Shown here in pieces: positions 30,548-39,376 of a DNA stretch of 64,000 bases. The notes under the pieces are model-generated. The model saw nothing but the letters and a program-made list of their open reading frames with translations, ran no database searches and had not been told where the DNA came from. The stretch is from Candidatus Latescibacterota bacterium (GTDB lineage: Bacteria > Latescibacterota > UBA2968), in NCBI GenBank assembly GCA_965204745.1, contig OZ242010.1, positions 1,024,001-1,088,000 of the forward strand, read 5' to 3'. Each line of letters starts with the position of its first letter. Positions within the stretch are counted from its first letter, which is position 1. The position numbers and the translations under genes are program-made.

Positions 30548-31535
30548 CAATGCGAATCAAGAGTAGAAAGCGAGTAAGAAGCAAGCCGCGGTCAATCGCC
30601 CAAAGACATGAACGAGTAAGCCCTCATAGGATCGTACCCGAGACGCCATCGAGATGTTTGTCTTTCGTTCAATCCAACTAAACAAGGCCTCAATCGGCTG
30701 TCGTATGCTCGAAACCGCCCGAGAAAAGTCTTTTTCGGCCTCGGTCAGGCTTTCTTGCCCCTTCTTGCGCTTCACCGGCGTCTCGAAGATCAGGTTCTGT
30801 TGCTTGCTAAGCGTATCTTTTAAGGGCTGATCGGCGTAGATTTTATCGCCGTAGAGGTGTCCATCCCGCAAAACGGGTAAGACTTGTCGCAAAGCGGTCA
30901 GGTCATGCTCTGCTGCGCCTGTCAAGCCGAAGTACTCTGCTTTGGGCAGGCCATTCTCGCGGTCTTGTGCGACAATGTGAAGTTTGGTGCCGTAATACCA
31001 CATCTTTTTGGAAGCGCAACGGCCTTTGTTGGCTAGTTGTTCTTCGGCCACACATGCCTTTCCGCTACGTGCCGATTGTGCCATGACAATCGGCATGGAA
31101 TCCACCAAGTAGGTGTGTTCAGAGACATCGGTTGCGGGACTATCCTTTTGGATTTGTTCAATCAATGGGGCGAAGACCACACACAAACGGTTCAACCGCT
31201 GGATATAGCCTGCATAAGTGGGCAGATGGGGAAACCAGTCGGAAAGATGATCCTTGGTATAGGTATAAATCGCCTTGATCTGCGTGTGTTGTTGCATGAT
31301 CCCAAACAGATAGATCGTCAGCACTTCTTCATCTGTGAAGGTCGGCGTGTCGTTATTGCTCATGCGTTCCGTATAAAACCACAGATGCTTTTGGTCATAC
31401 TGCTGACAAATATAGACATACAAGTGAATGAGTTTATCTTGCCAATCCATCGCGTGCTCCTTCCTTTGAGGGTGAAATGATTGAGCCCGCAAGAAAAGAC
31501 AAGTACGCGATGGATTCAACTCTTAATTCGCATTG
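30548..31535 (-). mobile_element. IS982-family insertion sequence, 988 bp, apparently intact
   Basis: Terminal inverted repeats CAATGCGAATyAAGAGTwGAA; ACAACTGA directly repeated on both flanks. Confidence 0.85.
30557..31450 (-). CDS. IS982-family DDE transposase
   Basis: FTDEEVLT, VDSMP, YYGTKLH, GDKIY, RQPIE; AAGGAG RBS; stop codon lies in the inverted repeat. Confidence 0.88.
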   Translation of the reverse strand: MDWQDKLIHLYVYICQQYDQKHLWFYTERMSNNDTPTFTDEEVLTIYLFGIMQQHTQIKAIYTYTKDHLSDWFPHLPTYAGYIQRLNRLCVVFAPLIEQIQKDSPATDVSEHTYLVDSMPIVMAQSARSGKACVAEEQLANKGRCASKKMWYYGTKLHIVAQDRENGLPKAEYFGLTGAAEHDLTALRQVLPVLRDGHLYGDKIYADQPLKDTLSKQQNLIFETPVKRKKGQESLTEAEKDFSRAVSSIRQPIEALFSWIERKTNISMASRVRSYEGLLVHVFGRLTAACFLLAFYS

Positions 31536-31554
31536 ACAACTGACAACTGACAAC

Positions 31555-31984
31555 GGCGTTGTTGCATAAATGTTGTCGTGGCGAAGTTCGTCCCTTTCCC
31601 GCTTGACGCAGGGGCAAGGCATAGACCAAGCGCAACATCAACGCCGTTTGAATAGCCAAATCAAAAAAGGTGTATGGCCTCTCCCGTTGCGTTGGCCCTT
31701 GATGGTACCACCCCCGAAGGGCTTGCGGTGTAATCCAAAACGTCAGACTGCCCCGCTGCTTGAGACCGGCCTCGTAGGCCGCCCAGTTCCGAACCCGATA
31801 GACAGGCGCACAGCGAGGGCGACGCGGGGACTTGACGGCGGTCTTGGAAGCGGTTATCTTGGGCATGACAGGTTCCTGGTGAGAAAGGGTGAGTGGTTTC
31901 GGTGATCTATATGCCCAATCTACGAAGGAGCCTGTCTTTTTGCAATCCCAACTCGCAGGCAATAGCGATTTATGCAACAACGCC
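31555..31984 (-). mobile_element. Internally deleted IS5-family (IS903 group) element
   Basis: Perfect 17-bp inverted repeats GGCGTTGTTGCATAAAT; transposase N-terminus from 31866 (YRVRNWAAYEAGLKQRGSLTFW...LPLRQ). Confidence 0.85.
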
Positions 31985-32100
31985 GTTGTCAGTTGTCAAT
32001 CCACCCTGCCCCAAGCGATCAGCAAAACAAGTTGCTCGTAGGGACAGGCTCCTGTGCCTGTTCTCGCACTCGGCGTAGGCAGTCAAACTGGAGAACACCC

Positions 32101-33564
32101 ATGAACCAACCCAATGTCATTGTCATCATGAGCGATCAGATGAAGGCCACGGCCAGTCATTTGTACGGTAGCGCGTTTTGCCAAACGCCATCTTTGGAGC
32201 GGATGGCGAATGAGGGCGTGTTGTTTGAGCACGCGGTGACGCCCCATCCCCTGTGCGTGCCGTGCCGCGTGTCGTTTTGGACCTCGCAGTTTCCACACTC
32301 GCACGGTGGGCGGCGCAACCAGACCTTGATGCCGGGAGATGCGTGCCATGCGTTTAAGCTGTGGAAAGCCGCGGGCTATCGGTGCGGCCTGATCGGAAAA
32401 AACCACTGTTTTGAGCAACAAAGCGATCTCGACTTGTTCGACGTGTGGTGCGAGATTTCCCATGGGGGCTTGCCCCGCGATGCCGCGACAAAGGGGATGG
32501 ACTGGTTTCGACCCATTGAATCGATCCGCGCGGCGCACGCGGTGCGGAGAAATATGCCGGAGATCAGCCCGCAGTTTTCTCATGCGGTCAGCGATTTCCC
32601 GCTCGAGGATTATTCGACTGGGCTTGTCGCGGGCCAAACCGTGCGGTTTTTGGAGCAATTTGGCGATGCGCCATTCGCGCTGTGGGTGTCCATTCCGGAT
32701 CCGCACACGCCTTACGAATGCCCCGAACGCTATGCCATTGCCCCAGGTGACGTGGTGATGCCGCCGTGGCGCGCAGATGAATACACCGATGGCACGGCGC
32801 CCGAGCGCAATCGCGTGTTGCACGCCATGCTCGGCATCGAGGGCGATCCCATCGAACACGTCAAGGGTTGCGTGGGCGTGTACCACGGGATGGTGCGGTT
32901 TTTGGACGATGGCGTGGGGCAGATTTTAGACGCGCTGGACCGCCTGCACCTGCGCGACAATACGATTGTGATTTTCTGCTCTGATCACGGCGATTTTTCG
33001 GGCGAACACGCGCAAATTTCCAAAGGGGGCGCGTTTTACGATTGCCTGACGCGCGTGCCCCTCATCGCGTCATGGCCAGGGCACATCCCGCAGGGCGCGG
33101 TGGATGCGAGTTGCGTCAATTTGATCGATATCGTGCCGACTGTGTTGCAGTTGCAGGGCCTCGACATCCCGCGTTCCATGCACGGGAAGGGCTTGCCCAC
33201 AGTGACGGACGCGGCGCCGAGGGACGCGGCATTTTCCGAATACGGCGCGGGCGGCCCGGAATTTACGATGGCTGATTTGGAACGGATCGAGAAGCCCTGG
33301 GGGCGCAGGGCTATCGGGCGATCCCTGCAATGGCGCGAGGCCGAGGGCCGCCGCAAGATGGTGCGGACAACCGCGTGGAAATACGTACACGACCCGATGG
33401 GGGATCGGGATGAATTGTACGATTTGGTGAACGACCCATGGGAATTGCACAATGTCGCAACAAACCCCGATCACCGCGACGTGATCGCCGACTTGCAACG
33501 CAGACTCGCGGACTGGAGCATCGAGACAGAGGATGCGAGACCCGTTCCAATGCCGACGGCATAA
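32101..33564 (+). CDS. Formylglycine-dependent sulfatase
   Basis: PNVIVIMSDQ, CVPCR, GKNH, DPH, SDHG. Confidence 0.9.
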   Translation: MNQPNVIVIMSDQMKATASHLYGSAFCQTPSLERMANEGVLFEHAVTPHPLCVPCRVSFWTSQFPHSHGGRRNQTLMPGDACHAFKLWKAAGYRCGLIGKNHCFEQQSDLDLFDVWCEISHGGLPRDAATKGMDWFRPIESIRAAHAVRRNMPEISPQFSHAVSDFPLEDYSTGLVAGQTVRFLEQFGDAPFALWVSIPDPHTPYECPERYAIAPGDVVMPPWRADEYTDGTAPERNRVLHAMLGIEGDPIEHVKGCVGVYHGMVRFLDDGVGQILDALDRLHLRDNTIVIFCSDHGDFSGEHAQISKGGAFYDCLTRVPLIASWPGHIPQGAVDASCVNLIDIVPTVLQLQGLDIPRSMHGKGLPTVTDAAPRDAAFSEYGAGGPEFTMADLERIEKPWGRRAIGRSLQWREAEGRRKMVRTTAWKYVHDPMGDRDELYDLVNDPWELHNVATNPDHRDVIADLQRRLADWSIETEDARPVPMPTA

Positions 33565-33586
33565 GGCGATCAACGAGGAATATAGC

Positions 33587-35623
33587 ATGGCGAAACGGAA
33601 AAGGACGCGCCGCGGAATACCGCTTGCGGCTAGAAGCGGTCAACGACATGTCTCTCGGCGTGACCGCAGGCGGGCGATTTTGAGAGACGCGAAGATTCAA
33701 CGCCGTTCACACAGCGTTGAATCGCGCACATCGAGGCGGCAGATGACGCGGTGGGACATCCTGGGCGTTCTCGCGCTCGGCCTGTTGGTAATCGTCAGCT
33801 ACTTTCCCGCCTTCCGCGCCGGTTTCGTCTGGGACGATATCGTATTCACCGGGTCCGCGGCGGTTCGCGATGTGGCTGGCCTCTCGCAAATCTGGTTCTC
33901 TCCGAGCTCGATTGAGGGCGAGGGCCACTACTGGCCGTTGATCTATTCGACTTTCTGGTTAGAGCACAAACTATGGGGATACGACCCGGTCGGCTATCAC
34001 ATTGTCAATGTGGTCTTGCACTTGGTCAATACGCTGTTGCTGTGGTGCTTGTTGGCCCGGCTAACGGTGCCCGGTGCCTGGGTCGTCGCGGCAGTGTTCG
34101 CGGTGCATCCGTTGCATGTCGAGTCCGTGGCTTGGGTTATGGGGCGCAAAGACCTGCTCTCCGCCCTGTTTTATCTCGCCGCGTTCTATGCCTATACGCG
34201 CTTTGTGGAAGAAAGGTCGGGCTGGGGCCCCTACGTTCTCGCTCTGTCGCTGTTCGCGCTGGGCATGTTGTGCAAATCCATTGTCGTCACGCTACCGGTG
34301 GCGTTGTTGCTAGGGCACTATTGGAAGCGGGGCCGAATAACAGGTGCAGACGTGCTCGGGCTGATGCCCTTCTTTGCGGTGGGATTGGGCATGGCGGTTG
34401 CAGACGTGTCCTACTCCAAAGAGGCGATCTCCATTGGGTATTCGATGCTCGAACGGGTGCTCATCGCGGCGCACGCGCTGTGGTTCTATCTCGGCAAGCT
34501 CTTGTGGCCGGGCGGCCTGATCGTCATCTATCCCCATTGGGAGGTGAGCGTCACAGATCCATGGGCATGGGGCTATGTCGTCGCCGGTTTCGCGGTGGTT
34601 GCGGCACTCTACCGCTTTCGGCATCGGATCGGGCGCGGGCCACTGGTGGGCGCGCTGTTCTTTGCGGTGACGTTGTCGCCCGTGCTCGGCTTCGTGGACT
34701 ATGGCTACATGCAGTTCTCCTTTGTCGCGGACCGCTACCAGTATCTGGCCGGCATCGGGGTGATGGCGGTGCTCGTCGGCGCAGTTGCCCATGGTGCAGG
34801 CACGGTGCCGGGCACGGTGAAGCTGGGCGTAGGGGCGGCCGCCCTCATCGTCTTGGGAACGCTGACGTGGCAACAGGCCGCCATCTACCGGAATGAAGAG
34901 ACCTTTTTTCGCTACATCATCGCGCACAATCCGACCGCGCGAAATGCCCATCTGAATCTGGGCAAAGCCCTGTTCGAATCCGGGCGCGAAGAAGAAGGGC
35001 TCGCCGCGACCCAAATCGCCGTGGAACTGCGCCCGGATGCCTTTAAGGCGCATTACAATGTGGGCGTCATGCTCATGCACTTGAACCGGTTCGACGAGGC
35101 GGAACACCACTTGCGCCGCACCTTGGCGCTCAATCCAGACTACCTCGACGCGCACTTCAATGCCGGTATGTTGCTCTCGTGGATGGATCGCAGCGACGAG
35201 GCCGAGCAACACTACCTCCGCACATTGGAACTCGATCCGACTTATTTTCAAGCGCATACCAACCTCGGCGCGATGCTCGTAGGGATCGGTCGATTCACAG
35301 ACGCCGCGCGACATCTGCGCCGCGCCTTGGCCCTCAATCCGCACGATGGAAAAGCCCTCCAAAACTTGGCGGTGGCGCAACTGCGGCAGGGGCGTTACGC
35401 CGAGGCACTCGCCCTCTATAAGCGCGTCGTCGAGCGCATGCCCAATGCGCGGGTCTATGCCGATATGGCCACGGCGTTCTACTATTTGGGCCGCATTGAG
35501 GAAGCATTAGAGAGCCTTGACCGTGCGCTGTCTCTCGATCCGACGCTCGAAGACGCACGGGCCAACCGAGAAGCCTTGCGGCAGGCCAAAGCAACCGCAA
35601 CACAGGCGCCTACAACGGAGTGA
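33587..35623 (+). CDS. TMTC-like GT-C membrane glycosyltransferase with C-terminal TPRs
   Basis: FVWDD, YWPL, HPLHVESVAWVMGRKD, ADRYQY, multiple TM helices, TPRs. Confidence 0.8.
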   Translation: MAKRKRTRRGIPLAARSGQRHVSRRDRRRAILRDAKIQRRSHSVESRTSRRQMTRWDILGVLALGLLVIVSYFPAFRAGFVWDDIVFTGSAAVRDVAGLSQIWFSPSSIEGEGHYWPLIYSTFWLEHKLWGYDPVGYHIVNVVLHLVNTLLLWCLLARLTVPGAWVVAAVFAVHPLHVESVAWVMGRKDLLSALFYLAAFYAYTRFVEERSGWGPYVLALSLFALGMLCKSIVVTLPVALLLGHYWKRGRITGADVLGLMPFFAVGLGMAVADVSYSKEAISIGYSMLERVLIAAHALWFYLGKLLWPGGLIVIYPHWEVSVTDPWAWGYVVAGFAVVAALYRFRHRIGRGPLVGALFFAVTLSPVLGFVDYGYMQFSFVADRYQYLAGIGVMAVLVGAVAHGAGTVPGTVKLGVGAAALIVLGTLTWQQAAIYRNEETFFRYIIAHNPTARNAHLNLGKALFESGREEEGLAATQIAVELRPDAFKAHYNVGVMLMHLNRFDEAEHHLRRTLALNPDYLDAHFNAGMLLSWMDRSDEAEQHYLRTLELDPTYFQAHTNLGAMLVGIGRFTDAARHLRRALALNPHDGKALQNLAVAQLRQGRYAEALALYKRVVERMPNARVYADMATAFYYLGRIEEALESLDRALSLDPTLEDARANREALRQAKATATQAPTTE

Positions 35624-35668
35624 AGCGAGGATGATCGTGCAATCATTTAACAAAGCAGGCAATGGGAA

Positions 35669-37300
35669 ATGGCAAAAGGGAAACGGACAAACAGGACGCG
35701 CCGCAGGTCGCGCTCGGTGTGGGAGGTCGCGCTGCATTTGCAGACGCCAACTGAACCGGTGTGGAAATACCTGTGGCTCGCGCTCGCATTGGCATTTGTG
35801 GCGCGGGCGGGCATCGCGTTGTCGGGCGATTTCATGTTGCATCCCGACGAGATCATGCAATACCTCGAGCCGGCGCACCGCTTGGTCTTTGGCAATGGCG
35901 TTATCTACTGGGAGTTTTTCTACGGCGCCCGTTCATGGCTGGTGCCCGGCTCGGTCGCCGGCGTGCTCGCGCTGTTCGATGGGGTCGGCCTCGGGGAACC
36001 GGGCTGGTACGTCGGCGGGGTTAAACTGATGTTTTGCGCGGTTTCTCTGCTGATTCCGGCGGGGATGTACTTTTTTGCTCGGCAACACTTTGGCGAAACC
36101 GCGGCGCGGGTCGCGTTGATCGCAGGGGCGTTCTGGTACGAGTTGGTCGGGTTTGCCCACAAGCCGATGACCGAGTTCGTCGCGACTGCCGTGGCGATGG
36201 CGTTGCTCGCCTTGTGTGTGCGTCCATTGCGACCGAGGACCGCGTGGCTGGTGGCTCTGCTCGCAGTGCTGGCCGCGGCGATCCGCCTCCAGTACGCGCC
36301 CCTCGCGCTCGCATTGCTCGGCCTCGCTTTTTTTCGTTCTGAAAAGCGTGCGAAAATACACCTCGCGGTCGCTGCGGTCGCGTTCTTTCTCGCGGTCGGG
36401 GTGTTCGACGCGGTGACGTGGAATGCGGGATTGTTTCACTCGTACCTCACCAACATCCATTTCAACCTCGCGCTCGAGGACATGCGATCCGGCAGTAGCC
36501 CGGCGTATCAGTTCTTATCGTGGCTCTTGTTCGCCAGCGGGGGATCGATCCTGCTCTGCGTCGCGGTGGCCCTGCGCGATTGGCGCCGCTATGGGTTCAC
36601 GCTCGCGCTCATCGCCTTGATCCTGCTCATCCATTCCGCAGAGGCGCATAAGGAATACCGCTTCGTCTTTGTCGTCATCCCGCTCTATTTGCTCGTCGGG
36701 GCCGACCTTGTGGCGCGATTCGCCGGGCGTGCGGGCAAGCCGCGTTGGGGATATGGCTTGGTCTGCATCGCGTTCGCGGCGATTTCCCTGGCCGGGATTT
36801 TGAACGCCTTGCCCAAGCAAGACGACGCGTATCGGCTGATTTACGCGCCCGAGAAAGTGCCCGTGCGGTTCCTCCGCGACCAAGATCCGGTGTTCGCCGC
36901 GTATCGCTACCTCGCCAGCACGCCCGATGTCGTCGCAGTCTGGCAGGTGGATCAGGCGTATCACAACTTGCCCGGGTATTACCACTTGCACCGCGAGATA
37001 CCGTTTTACGACGCCATCACAGGACGCAACGCCGGCATCCAAAAGGATGTGACAACGCTGCGCGCATCCGTCAGCCATATCTTGTCCGCAGACCCAAACC
37101 TCGCCGTGCCCGGCTACGTAGTGGCGAAAACGTTTGGCACGCTCCGCATCTTGCGCCGCGAAGATAACGCATCGCCAATTCGACAATGGCAGACCTACAC
37201 CCCGATTATGCCCGACAAGTTTAGCGATCAGATCATGCAACGGATGAATCCCGACATACCACTTCCGCCGGCCAATCACAACATCCGCTTTCGGGAGTGA
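35669..37300 (+). CDS. PIG-B/Alg9-like (GT22) mannosyltransferase, copy 1
   Basis: HPDEIMQYLEPAHRLVFGNGVIYWEF..GARSW and HKEYRF resemble PIG-B motifs; multi-TM. Confidence 0.72.
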   Translation: MAKGKRTNRTRRRSRSVWEVALHLQTPTEPVWKYLWLALALAFVARAGIALSGDFMLHPDEIMQYLEPAHRLVFGNGVIYWEFFYGARSWLVPGSVAGVLALFDGVGLGEPGWYVGGVKLMFCAVSLLIPAGMYFFARQHFGETAARVALIAGAFWYELVGFAHKPMTEFVATAVAMALLALCVRPLRPRTAWLVALLAVLAAAIRLQYAPLALALLGLAFFRSEKRAKIHLAVAAVAFFLAVGVFDAVTWNAGLFHSYLTNIHFNLALEDMRSGSSPAYQFLSWLLFASGGSILLCVAVALRDWRRYGFTLALIALILLIHSAEAHKEYRFVFVVIPLYLLVGADLVARFAGRAGKPRWGYGLVCIAFAAISLAGILNALPKQDDAYRLIYAPEKVPVRFLRDQDPVFAAYRYLASTPDVVAVWQVDQAYHNLPGYYHLHREIPFYDAITGRNAGIQKDVTTLRASVSHILSADPNLAVPGYVVAKTFGTLRILRREDNASPIRQWQTYTPIMPDKFSDQIMQRMNPDIPLPPANHNIRFRE

Positions 37301-37384
37301 TTTGCCACAACAGCAGGCCCCTGATTTACACCAAGGGCGCAAATGTCGATATGGTTTAAGTCAGTATCATACAAGGGATGCGGT

Positions 37385-38998
37385 GTGGAGATCGACATCA
37401 AAGTGCAACCCAAAGCGCGGCGCAGGCAACAATCTCGACCACGTTCCGCGTGGGATGTTCTGCTACACCCACAGACGCCGGTTGAACCGGTGTGGAAATA
37501 CCTGTGGCTCGCGCTCGCATTGGCGTTTGTGGCGCGGGCGTGCATCGCGTTGGCGGGCGATTTTAAGTTGCATGCCGACGAGATCATGCAATACCTCGAG
37601 CAAGCGCATCGCTTGGTCTTTGGCAATGGCGTTATCCACTGGGAGTTTTTCTACGGCGCCCGCTCATGGCTGGTTCCCGGCTTGGTCGCCGGCGTGCTCG
37701 CGCTGTTCGATGGGGTCGGCCTCGGGGAACCGGGCTGGTACGTCGGCGGGGTTAAACTGATGTTTTGCGCGGTTTCTCTGCTGATTCCGGGGGGGATGTA
37801 CTTTTTTGCTCGGCAACACTTTGGCGAAACCGCGGCGCGGGTCGCGTTGATCGCCGGGGCGTTCTGGTACGAGTTGGTCGGGTTCGCCCACAAGCCGATG
37901 ACCGAGTTCGTCGCGACTGCCGTGGCGATGGCGTTGCTCGCCCTGTGTGTGCGTCCATTGCGACCGAGGACCGCGTGGCTGGTGGCTCTGCTCGCAGTGA
38001 TGGTTGCGGCGATCCGCCTCCAGTACGCGCCCTTCGCGCTCGCATTGCTCGGCCTCGTTTTTTTTCGTTCTGACAAGCGTGCGAAAATACACCTCGTGGT
38101 CGCTGCGGTCGCGTTCTTTCTCGCGGTCGGGGTGTTCGACGCGGTGACGTGGAATGCGGGATTGTTTCACTCGTACCTCACCTACATTCATTACAACCTC
38201 ACGATTGAGGACCATGCGCGCCGGGGTAGTCCGGCGTATCAGTTCTTATTGTGGCTCTTGTTCGCCAGCAGGGGATTGATTCTGCTCTGCGTCGCATTGG
38301 CCCTGCGCGATTTGCGCCGCTATGGGTTCACGCTCGCGCTCATCGCCTTGATCCTGCTCATTCACTCCGCAGAGACGTATAAGGTATACCGCTTTGTCTT
38401 TATCGTCATCCCACTCTATTTGCTCGTCGGGGCCGACCTCGTGGCGCGACTCGCCGCCCACATTGGCAAATCGGTTTGGATATACGGCGTGACCGGTGCC
38501 ATTTTCTTGACGGTTGCCCTCTCCGGACTCGTGGCGGGGCCCGTCCGTCACATCCGCAAACAGGCTCCGGTCTTTGCCGTGCATCGGTATCTGGCTACCG
38601 CGTCCGACGTCGCAGCGGTGTGGTATGCGGATTGGTATCACTCCTCCCTTCCCGGCTATTACTACCTGCACCGAAAGATACCGTTTTACGACTTGAGCAC
38701 AGAACCTGTACGCAGAAGCGACATCGCTACGGACGCGGCAACACTCCTCGCCTCGGTCAGCCATATTGTGTCTAAAAAACCAAACTTCGTTGTACCCGGC
38801 TATGAGGTGGAACAGACATTTGGCGATCTCCGCATTTTGCGCCGCAAGGAAAACGCACTGCCAGTCCGGCAATGGCAAAACTTCACCCCGATCGTAATCT
38901 CCGATTATACCGATTCGATCATGCAACGGATGGGGCCCGATGTCCCATCGAGGCCGGTCAATCACAACATCCGCTTTGTCGTGCAGGAAAAGGAGTGA
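37385..38998 (+). CDS. PIG-B/Alg9-like (GT22) mannosyltransferase, copy 2 (chimeric N-terminus)
   Basis: 5' half nearly identical to copy 1; first 13 codons copied from the DUF167 gene; start uncertain. Confidence 0.7.
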   Translation: MEIDIKVQPKARRRQQSRPRSAWDVLLHPQTPVEPVWKYLWLALALAFVARACIALAGDFKLHADEIMQYLEQAHRLVFGNGVIHWEFFYGARSWLVPGLVAGVLALFDGVGLGEPGWYVGGVKLMFCAVSLLIPGGMYFFARQHFGETAARVALIAGAFWYELVGFAHKPMTEFVATAVAMALLALCVRPLRPRTAWLVALLAVMVAAIRLQYAPFALALLGLVFFRSDKRAKIHLVVAAVAFFLAVGVFDAVTWNAGLFHSYLTYIHYNLTIEDHARRGSPAYQFLLWLLFASRGLILLCVALALRDLRRYGFTLALIALILLIHSAETYKVYRFVFIVIPLYLLVGADLVARLAAHIGKSVWIYGVTGAIFLTVALSGLVAGPVRHIRKQAPVFAVHRYLATASDVAAVWYADWYHSSLPGYYYLHRKIPFYDLSTEPVRRSDIATDAATLLASVSHIVSKKPNFVVPGYEVEQTFGDLRILRRKENALPVRQWQNFTPIVISDYTDSIMQRMGPDVPSRPVNHNIRFVVQEKE

Positions 38999-39008
38999 GG
39001 GATGCGGT

Positions 39009-39260
39009 ATGGAGATCGACATCAAAGTGCAACCCAAAGCGCGGCGCAACAGCATTGAGATAGATGGCGTGCGCGTGACCGTGCGCGTGACCGCCGCGCC
39101 GGAGAAGGGCAAGGCCAATGAGGCTGTGGTCGCGCTGATGGCGAAACAACTCGAGATTGCCAAGGGCAGGGTGAAAGTGGTGCGGGGGCACAAGGCGCGG
39201 AACAAGCGGCTTTGCATTGATGGCCTGACTGCGGCACAGGTTTTCGCGCACCTCGTTTGA
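39009..39260 (+). CDS. DUF167 (YggU/UPF0235) protein
   Basis: VQPKARR, VTAAPEKGKANEA, GHKARNK. Confidence 0.88.
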   Translation: MEIDIKVQPKARRNSIEIDGVRVTVRVTAAPEKGKANEAVVALMAKQLEIAKGRVKVVRGHKARNKRLCIDGLTAAQVFAHLV

Positions 39261-39376
39261 CGATTCGCGGGCGAGGGTGTATCATGTAATGTGACCCCTC
39301 CGCGAGGCGAGGAGGGGAGATGTTCTCCTACCCTCCTCGTAGGCACAGACGCAACGAGTAACGCAGGAGCAGGATT

